From: Phaeosaccion multiseriatum
Lineage: Eukaryota; Protista; Ochrophyta, other classes
Assembly (NCBI GenBank): GCA_965112735.1
Contig: OZ218961.1
Span: 310,001-374,000 of the forward strand
Direction of reading: 5' to 3'
Length of the DNA stretch: 64,000 nt
This document shows positions 55,801-64,000 of this stretch, piece after piece (position 1 is the stretch's first letter; every line of letters starts with the position of its first letter). Under the pieces are notes generated by a model. It did not search any database. It saw only the letters and a program-made list of their open reading frames with translations, and was not told where the DNA came from. The position numbers and the translations under genes are program-made.

Positions 55801-57588
55801 CCATTGAAGGTGGGGGAGAGGGCCTTGCCGAGGAGCTGCTGCAGAGCGGCTTTGGAGGCGTTGGTGAGCATGCATGCGTCAGCCTCATCCACCACCACCA
55901 TCTTCACGCTATGGCAGCGGATGGCACCCGTCTGAAAGGGGAGGGGATGGAGGGTAGAGTAGGGGGTCAGTCAGTCAGAGGGACGCTTCAATGCTGCAGC
56001 AGGTGCCCACTGAATATCGACATCGACATGGGCATCTATATCAGGTCTCGAGGTCTCGCCCCCCCTCCTCGACCCTTCCCTCCCCTCTCCTCACCATGAC
56101 GAGGTTGCTCAGACTCTCAGGGTTTCCGATGACGGCATGTGGAGGCTCCGCCCGGGCCCACGCCCTCTGGCGCTTGTTCTTGCTACCCTCCAGGACGGAC
56201 ATGATGAGGATCTTGCCGCCTGTGTCTGCCCCTGTACCGGCGGCGAGCTTCCTCGCTACAGCTGCCACCTGTGGAGGGCGAGGGAGGGAGGGAGCGAGGG
56301 AGGGAGAGAGTGGAGGGGATAAGAGTGGAGTGGAGGGAGGGAGGGCGAGGTAGTGAGCTTCCTCTACGTTTCCCCCGATAGATAGCGAGAGATAGGTTCA
56401 CACGTCCATAGTAAGCAAGAGTTCAGAAGCGTTACTCACACACCTGGAGGGCGAGTTCGCGTGTGGGCACGACGACAAGAGCCTGCACTGAGGATCGGGT
56501 GGGGTCCAGACTGGCGAGGAGGGGCAGCAGGAAGGCCAGCGTCTTGCCAGAGCCTTTTATGGCGAGGGAGGGAGGGAGGGAGGGAGGGATGTATATAAGG
56601 GAGAGAGAAGACTGTGAGGAAAAGGCAGCTTCTCTCGAGCGAGGCTGGTCGGGTTTCTTCCCCGGCGTGTTCGGAGGACTTGGCGCCTCTCTAGCTCAAC
56701 TCGCCTCTGTCCAGCGATTGTTTGCTTCCCGTACAACTCTACATTCCAGTCCTCCCTCCCCCTACACCCCATACCTGTCTGGGCATGGAGCATTGCATCT
56801 TCTCCCGCCATAATGGTGCCCATGGCCCTTCGCTGCACAAGAGTGGGTGTCGGGAAACCAACCTCCTCCAGCCGGTCAATGAGCCACCCCGGCAGGCTGG
56901 GGTTCGATTCTGGCCTGCCGTAGAGGTCTCTAAATGACGGGGCATCCCCACCCGAGTAAGCATCGTAGTCGTCTTCACCAAGCCCATCTGTCAGACCATA
57001 GTCCTCCTCCTCTTCCTCCTCGTCCTCTTGCTCTGCGGTGGCGTCACCGGAGGACGTGCTACTTGGGCTAGGGAAGCTCATTCCTGCCGCTGCCATAGCT
57101 GCCGCGAAGGAGTCTTCGTCCATCCCGCTCGCCGCTGCGGAGGCCATGAAGTCTTCCTCCTCCTCGTCCTGGTCCTGGTCCTCTTGACGCATGAGCAATC
57201 GCAGGCCACGCCTACTTTGATTGCTGCTGCAGTACATTTCCCAGCGTTGCCGCCGTCTCCCTGGTCGAGAGGGGCAAGCGGAGGCCCGATTAGCTCCACT
57301 AGCGCAGCCATAAATTCGATGCCCTCGGCGTCCTGGGCCCCTCCCTCCCGTCGCTGCTGCTGACGACCCTGAGAAGAAGCCCAGCCCTCCTACTGAGTGC
57401 GGCAGGCTTCTTGCCCCCAGCGAGGGCCATCTCAATGAAGACGAGGAGGGGCGGTGGCCGAAGCTGAACGCGTGTGTTTCCCGCGAAGATATCAAGACTG
57501 CGGCGGCGGCTGTAGTCAGAGGACCGCAGCCACCTCTTATTCTCCTTCTCCTGCTCCAAGAGGAGGCAGTTCTCTCTCCCTCTCTCAT
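52899..57588 (-). CDS. DEAD-box RNA helicase, probably plastid-targeted (RH47/RH58-like), ~10 exons
   Basis: Q motif [42 protein letters not shown] and YVHRGGRAGR across GT-AG exons. N-terminal hydrophobic stretch ending THA-F. Confidence 0.92.
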
Positions 57589-57801
57589 CACCCCACCGGC
57601 CTTGGCTCCTGACTGCTCCTACTCCTGCCGCTTCTGCCGTGAAAGCCTGGATAGCGCCTGTGGCTCTCGAGGTGAGGGACTTAGGCATCCAGGCCACGGA
57701 CTCACAAATACCGAGAACCCCGGGGTGGAAGTGGCTCTCAATTGTGGCCAGGGCGGCCTTGCCCACCAGTTTCTCTTGTTGTATCAAACGACTTGTTAAC
57801 C
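57589..57801. promoter_or_regulatory. Compact bidirectional promoter (DEAD-box helicase / RPS16)
   Basis: Divergent ATGs only ~213 bp apart. Confidence 0.55.
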
Positions 57802-59522
57802 ATGGGTGCTGGTGGTGCTGAGATCCGGAGTGTGCAGGTCTTCGGCCGCAAGGTTGGTATGCAGTGACGGGGGGAAGAAGAAGCAGAAGAAGATAGGATG
57901 TGACGGCACACTGTTGCCCAGCTTATGGTGGCCCCCTCTTTCCCCTCTGCCGCCCTCCTTTCGCCCTCCGTTTGGAGGGATGGAAGGTGGCGGTAAGGGA
58001 GGAGGGGTGAGATATATTCTTGACGGATGGTAGTCGGCTGCAGGGCTGGAGGTGTTGCAGATGGACTGCCTCTCTTTGACCTTTGCGCCTTGGGAGTGGG
58101 AGGAGACGGCGAGCACCATGCTCACTGGAGGGGAGGAGCGACGTGTACCACTCAAAAGGTAGCGGTCCCTCTCCTTGCTCTTGATGGGAGCTCTCCTCTC
58201 TATACATCTCCCACCATTAAACCTCATGAATGGCGGCCCCCACCTCTCTACGAGGGGGGTGAGATAAAGGAGATCGATGACTGCGTTGAGCAGCGGATTT
58301 GCGTCTTTGGCCATCCATCCACTACTCCCACAGATGATGTCACAGTCAATCAGTGGATGGTGGTGGTGGTCAGTCAACCTCGGAGCGGCAATCAGAAGAG
58401 CGAGAGACATAAGGGCAGGCTGCGTCGATCGAGTGTTCGGTTGTTGTGGGATGGGTGGAGGCAAAGCCCGCCAGGCAGCACCAGCAGCTGGTGCTCTTTG
58501 GATGGTGGGCATGGACCGGCGGATGGGGGGGGGCGCAATGGGCAAGGACGGAGAGCGCTTCGACTCGAGTTGAGACACCTATCTTGGAAAGAGATTGGTT
58601 TGCTCCCTCGACATGCGACACTCTCCTCTCCCCCTTGCCGATTGCCTTCCTCGTCCTCCTCCTCCCTAGCCGCCTCGCCTCCCCCGCCACCCATCCACCC
58701 TCACTCATCACGCTTTCTTCGTGTATACACGAAGAGTCCTTCTCTGCTCTGGATCGACGAGCCGCCGTGATGAGGGAGACGAAAAGAAGAAGCAAAACGG
58801 CACAAACGTTGATTTGGCCGGTCCTGGTCTAGCGCCTTCGAAAAGAAGCGTGACGCCTCATTGTATCTTCCTTGATTGGGCGGCCCCCTCCCCGGCTTGC
58901 TGGAGGGGTGAGAATTTTTGAAAATGGGCAAATGAGGTGGGCAAGGGGGAGAGGAGAGGAGAGGATAGGAGATTGCCCGTGGCTAAGCATCAATGCCAGC
59001 CCGGCTCAGTCAGTCAGTCTGTCAGTCAGTCAGTGGGCAGTGACTTGGGGCTTGCTGGGCGCCCTGAGTCTCTGTGTCAGCCATTGGCTCTGTTCCGCTG
59101 CCCTCCCCCCGGAGTGGGGGGGGGATGGGCGGATGGCAGTGGATGTTTTGCTTGTGAGGTGGGGTTGGGCCGTTGCGGGCATGTTGTGTACACTTGATTG
59201 CATTCTCGAGAACCAAAAGTAGATGGGCAGAGGGAGGAACAAGGAGCGGGGGGAGACCCAACAGAACCGAGAGCAAGGAGGATCTAAAAATCTGTGTTAT
59301 CGTCTCGATCATGACTATTGATATGAAGTCAAATTAACAACTGACTGAGCTCTCGGGGGTGTGTGTTGTTTCCTCACAACTTGTCCCCTTTCCCTGCAAA
59401 CTCAACACGGTTTGGCTTTGCACTAACTCCCACCCGTGTGACTCCCTCTCTCCCCTCTTACCCGGCACTGACCTCTCTCTCTCTCTCAATCTCTCTCCCT
59501 CAATCTCTCTCTCTCTCAATCT

Positions 59523-59567
<45 letters not shown>

Positions 59568-60172
59568 CATCTCTCTCTCTTTCGCCCTTGTGCCCTCCTC
59601 TGTTGGCTTGAGCAGAAGACCGCCACCGCCGTTGCGTACTGCAAGGAGGGGCGTGGTCTGATCAAGATCAACGGCTGCCCCATCGAGCTCCTCGAGCCCG
59701 AGATCCTGCGCATCAAGACCTTCGAGCCCGTGCTGCTCCTGGGCCAGGACCGATTCACCAATGTGGACATCAGGTATGTGTGTATGGGCGTAGACGAACG
59801 GCAATCTATGGGTGTAGACGGTTTTTTCCTCCCTTTTTACTACTATTACTTCCTTTCTCTACCCTTCCTTGACTTCCCTGACATGCTCACTCACTTCACT
59901 CACCCCCCCCCCCCCCCCACACACACACACTCACAACAGGATCCGCGTGAGGGGCGGAGGGTACAATGCCCAGATCTACGCCATCCGCCAGGCAATCGCC
60001 AAGGCCATCGTTGCGTACTACCAGAAGTTCGTGGACGAGGCTTCCAAGCGAGAGATCAAGGAGATCCTCATGGCATACGACCGCTCTCTGCTGGTGGCCG
60101 ACCCCCGAAGGTGCGAGCCCAAGAAGTTCGGCGGGCCCTCTGCTCGCTCTCGCTACCAGAAGTCGTACCGTT

Positions 60173-60174
<2 letters not shown>
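57802..60174 (+). CDS. RPS16: 40S ribosomal protein S16 (uS9) (exons 57802-57852, 59616-59773, 59940-60174; 147 aa)
   Basis: SVQVFGRK|[18 protein letters not shown]...[19 protein letters not shown]...[28 protein letters not shown]. Confidence 0.98.
59269..59354 (+). ncRNA. Candidate intronic box C/D snoRNA
   Basis: AT-rich island in RPS16 intron 1 closed by a GAGAGC/GCTCTC stem. It has a degenerate C box (AGGAGGA), a terminal CTGA, and AGTCAAATTAA complementary to the conserved 18S segment TTAATTTGACT. Confidence 0.45.
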
Positions 60175-60203
<29 letters not shown>

Positions 60204-61722
60204 TCGTCAGCAGCTCTTGCTGTTTGCCGTGCCACTCGGTAGTTTCAGAGCTCTTGTCTCTGTCGGTGTCTGGTGTGGCATGGTACGGTACCTAGACACT
60301 TTGTGCTGCACATTGTGGTGGTACAAGCAGTGTTCTTCTTCGTCTTTCAGTTGGCGACGGACGGACGGGATGGATGCAGACCCTGTTGGGTTTGTCTCTC
60401 TTTCGCTTGCCCTCTCTTAAGTAAAACGAATACAGCAACAGGAACAACAAGACTTGAGACTTCGCCCCCCACGTCTTATCCCACTGATGCATGTGTTCTC
60501 GCTTGAGGGAGCCCGTACGTACGTAAAGCTCCTCTCTTGTACCCTCGTTGGTTGTATGCAATGTGTATGTGTGTGTGTCTTGACAGAGTGTATGTGTGAT
60601 TGGGGGGGGGGCTCTCCTCCCTCGTCAGTTTCCGCTTCAGGGTATTGTCACCTTGTTGTTTGAAAGGTGTGCTGCGTAATAGTAATGTCCCTTTCGCGAG
60701 GGATGGCAGGAGATGGCAGCAGATGGCAGCAGATGGCAGGGGATGGCAGCGCGCCCTCTCGGGGGGGCGGTGACGGTGGGCAATTCCACAATCTGCTCCG
60801 GCGGTCCAAGTACGGCTCAGTCAAGGCCGGGTAAGGTGTGACAGACAAGCCAACAGCAGCAGAGAGCAGGGAGCATCTCATTTTCTCTGTCGCATGGAGA
60901 GAAGTCCCGAGACGGTGTCCCTCTCGCGAGTGTCACAGATGAGTTCGCCTTCGAAGCACCACATCCGACACTCGTCAAACAGATCATCCAATCGGAGCTC
61001 GCCCCCGGAGCCTCTATAGTAGGCCCTCCCGACAGGGAAGGGTAGGGACCCCCTATCGAAGAGACACACACAAAGAGACACACCCCGTAGGGACGCACGG
61101 AGAGACACACCCATATCGGCCTGGACCAAGTCGCACCGCTGTCCTCTCCGCCTCGGCCTCGACGAATCAACACCCTCAGCTGCCACAGAGCGGCCAGTCC
61201 ATCGGCCAGTCCATCGGCCAGTCCATCGGTCGGTCGGTCAGTTGTCGGTCACTCACGCACTCACTCGCAGAGCAGACAGTGATAGAGATAGAGACTCACA
61301 AACGGCCTCGCAAACCTCCAACTCTACAGGGAGGGCATGTCCTTACAACTGCCCAGCAGGCAGCAGTGCTGCAAAGCGCGTTCCACTGGATGACCAACGC
61401 CCCCCCCCCCCTGCTGCCAGCTGTTAAAATCATACGAAGGGAGTAAGCAGCGTGTGTCGTCGAATGTCCCGGCCTGCTGCTGCTCTGGGGGTGGGTGGGT
61501 GGGTGGGTGCCCACGCCATCCTGTGCGTGTGCGTGTGTGTGCGTGTGCGGTCACCCTTTTGGACTACCTTCTCTCAGGGCGACTCGACTGTCGGAAACAC
61601 TCCTTGTCCACTTCCTGCTCCTGCTCCTGCTCCTGCTGCTGCTGCTGCTGCTGCTGTTGGTGTTATTGTTGGCGCTGTATCACCAACTGTTGACACTTCG
61701 GCGTCGCCAAGTGCTGCTACTC

Positions 61723-63538
61723 CTACTGCAGCTCCGAGAGGAAGGGTTTGAGCGTCTCCACTACAGCAAGAGGAGTGTCTCCCAGGTGATAGCCGCCCTC
61801 CAGCCCGAACACGACCTGAGCAGTTGGATATACAGAAGTAGAAGCAGCAGCAGTTGGGTGTACAGCAGCAGTTCAGCCACAGCAGCAGCTCCATGTAGAT
61901 CCAAACAAACCAGATGGTGTTGCTCCACTTTGCTCTCTTTCCACCTCTATACCCTTCCTTTCCCTGCCCCTCTCTCTCACCTTATCTCCGAACTCTCTGC
62001 GAAGGATGGTGGCCATTCGGCCGAAGTCCCTCGGCTCCAAACTCATATTCGCCATTTCGTCCTTGCAAAGCGCGTCATAGCCGGCGCTGAGGCAGCAAAC
62101 GGGCACAGAGTAGAGAAATAGAGGCATATGGTCATTAGGGGTGTATGGGCGAAGAGCAGAGAATGGAGGTGTATGGGCACAGAGCAGACAATAGACGCAA
62201 ATGATGGAGGCACACGGGCCATCTGGGCACATCGCAGACAATAGAGGCATACGCCCCTCCCTCTCTCTACCTCTACCTCCCGACACCCTTACCCCCCCCC
62301 CGGCTCCCCACCTCCCTCCTCCCTCCCCTCCCCTCCCCTCCCCCACCTCACACACCTGACAATGAGTATGTCTGCATCGAACTCCTTGAGCCAGGGCACC
62401 GCCTCCTGCTCGAACTTGGGGCCGTACACTGTCCACGTGTCGTCTCCGTAGTAGAAAGGAACGTTCTTGAGATTCTTCTTGGGCCCCACTTGCTCCTGTG
62501 TGTAGGTGATTGTGTGTGTTTGAGTTTAAGTTGTATGGATCAGTGGCCGGCCTCGATCACTCGTCTCGAACCTATCGACATCAAATGTTCAGGAGTAACG
62601 TATCCGATTGTGTGAATGAAATGATCGAAACGATGAGTCTAGAGGTGAGGTGGTTGGCCTTGTGTACACACTACACACACACGTACCTTCTCGCCCCCAG
62701 GAGGGAAGATGCCTCCTTGGTGGAGTGAGCAGTACCGAATACGGTCATCTGCGGTTGGAGACGACGGAGAGAGAGAGAGAGGGAGGGAAGAAAGAGCAGG
62801 AATGTATGGGGAGGGACGGAGGGAGGGAGAGAAAAAAACAGTGCGGAAGGAAGGGAGGGAGGGAGGGAGAGAGGGAGAGAATGGAGGGAAGGAAATAGCG
62901 CGGTGGGCATTCTCTCGAGAGAGCGAGATTGCAATACAGAAACGAGCAACAAGCGCCGTCTGCCTCTCTCTCTGTGTCCCTCTCCCTTCTTCCTCTCTTC
63001 TCTCTGTCTGGTTCTCTCCCTGTCTACCTGTCCCTCTCTTCATCCCCCCACCCCCCTCACCGTCGCGAGAAAGAGACGCTATCCCATTCCCAAAGTGTAC
63101 GTCGAAATCTGTGCGCAGAGGGAAGGGGGGGGAGAGAGAAGGAAGAGAAAGGGAAACACCATTGTGTAATGAGCAACAAAGTGTATGACCATGCGTTGGT
63201 GGTCTCTTTTGCCTGCTCTTTGCAACAAAACTTTTTATACAAACGTTTGCCTGCTCTCTCACTCTCTTCTCTCCCTCTCACTACTCTTCTCTACTCTCTT
63301 ATCTCTCCTCTCAATCTCCATCACTATCTCTCCTCCCCTCCCCCATCCACTGCCATCCTCTTCCCTCCCCCCCCCTCTTTCTCTGTGCCCACATGCCTCC
63401 AACTGACTGCCTTGCACACGTTACACCCACTTGCCTAAGATGGCCACCCGGCGACAGTCCAAGTGGTCTGCGTGGGAGTGGGAGGAGAGGAGAGAGGGAA
63501 GAGGATGGCAGTGGATGGGGGAGGGGAGGAGAGATAGT

Positions 63539-63585
<47 letters not shown>

Positions 63586-63767
63586 GGACGGGTGGAGAGC
63601 AGGCGCTCCCTCTCTAGGCAGTGTCCCCTCTGACACTCTGACGCTCTCTCACCCACCGAGGCAGTAGAACGCGGCCGCTGCGCAGAAGTTGAAGATGCAA
63701 AAGCCCATGGCGGATCCCGCTACAGCGTGGTGCCCAGGGGGGCGTGTGAGGGCGAAGGAGGGCGTGC
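61723..63767 (-). CDS. Zn-dependent histone deacetylase (class II-like), 3' part (exons 63767-63657, 63467-63435, 63108-63061, 62748-62687, 62495-62356, 62086-61981, 61815-61723); 5' end beyond window
   Basis: RPPGHHA, GFCIFN, VAILDFDVHFGNG, SLHQ, VSAGYDA and LEGGY motifs joined in frame. One GC-AG intron. Confidence 0.92.
63321..63540. repeat. Perfect 47-bp inverted repeat (63321-63367 / 63494-63540) flanking a 33-nt exon
   Basis: TCACTATCTCTCCTCCCCTCCCCCATCCACTGCCATCCTCTTCCCTC and its exact reverse complement. Confidence 0.93.
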
Positions 63768-64000
63768 CTGAGTGAGGGAAGGAGGGAGGGAGGGAGGGAG
63801 GGAGGGAGGGAAGGAGGGAGGGAAGGAGGGAGGGAGGGAGGGAGTGGCGTGAGTGTGAGAGGAACGGAGGGAGTGAGGTGATGGAGGACGGAGGAAGGGA
63901 GGGAGGAGGAAGTGAGTGAGGGAGTGAGTGTAAATTCAAGTGAGGAGGTGAGTGTGTGAGGGAGTGAGTGAATGAATGAGTGAGTGAGTAAGTGAGTGAG

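Larger units (their letters stand above)
12041..61688. repeat. Dispersed highly iterated 13-mer TGTATCACCAACT / AGTTGGTGATACA
   Basis: 15 exact copies found by eye (+: 12041, 31216, 32506, 34427, 34718, 35282, 41006, 52674, 52872, 54142, 61676; -: 29751, 29778, 31852, 47786) plus about 20 near-copies. Confidence 0.93.

Noticed and set aside
58027-58770. 247-aa and 260-aa overlapping ORFs in RPS16 intron 1
   Set aside because: No recognisable motifs; ORFs of this length arise easily in GC-rich DNA.
1-64000. Autonomous transposon, introner family, tRNA or rRNA genes
   Set aside because: No transposase, RT or integrase motifs; introns do not share extended sequence with one another; no cloverleaf or rRNA sequence recognised.

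Overview
Gene-dense, GC-rich, intron-containing eukaryotic nuclear DNA, most likely from a photosynthetic stramenopile (inferred from signal peptide + F transit presequences on GrpE and a DEAD-box helicase). The left ~10 kb looks accessory. It has three tandem ~2.1-kb units, each carrying an intronless ankyrin-like gene whose predicted binding-face residues are hypervariable while the non-coding flanks are ~99% identical. It also has a stand-alone flavodoxin-like gene and an intronless PPR-SMR gene built from 21 near-identical 105-bp repeats that vary at the two base-specifying positions (a natural TALE-like RNA-binding nuclease candidate). The rest holds a small membrane-protein gene, SNRNP40, plastid GrpE, a low-complexity ORF, a ~26.6-kb VPS13B-like gene, a SARAF-WW fusion, a DEAD-box helicase, RPS16 (candidate intronic C/D snoRNA) and the 3' part of a histone deacetylase. 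Superimposed on all of this is a small set of highly iterated 11-14-nt words (TGTATCACCAACT, GATGGCAGTGGATG, TTCCGAGTCGAG, AGGCATATGGG, TCACAGATGG). They occur in exons in several reading frames, in introns and in intergenic DNA, mostly on both strands, so protein constraint cannot explain them. Exon boundaries and motif counts were read by eye and need computational confirmation.
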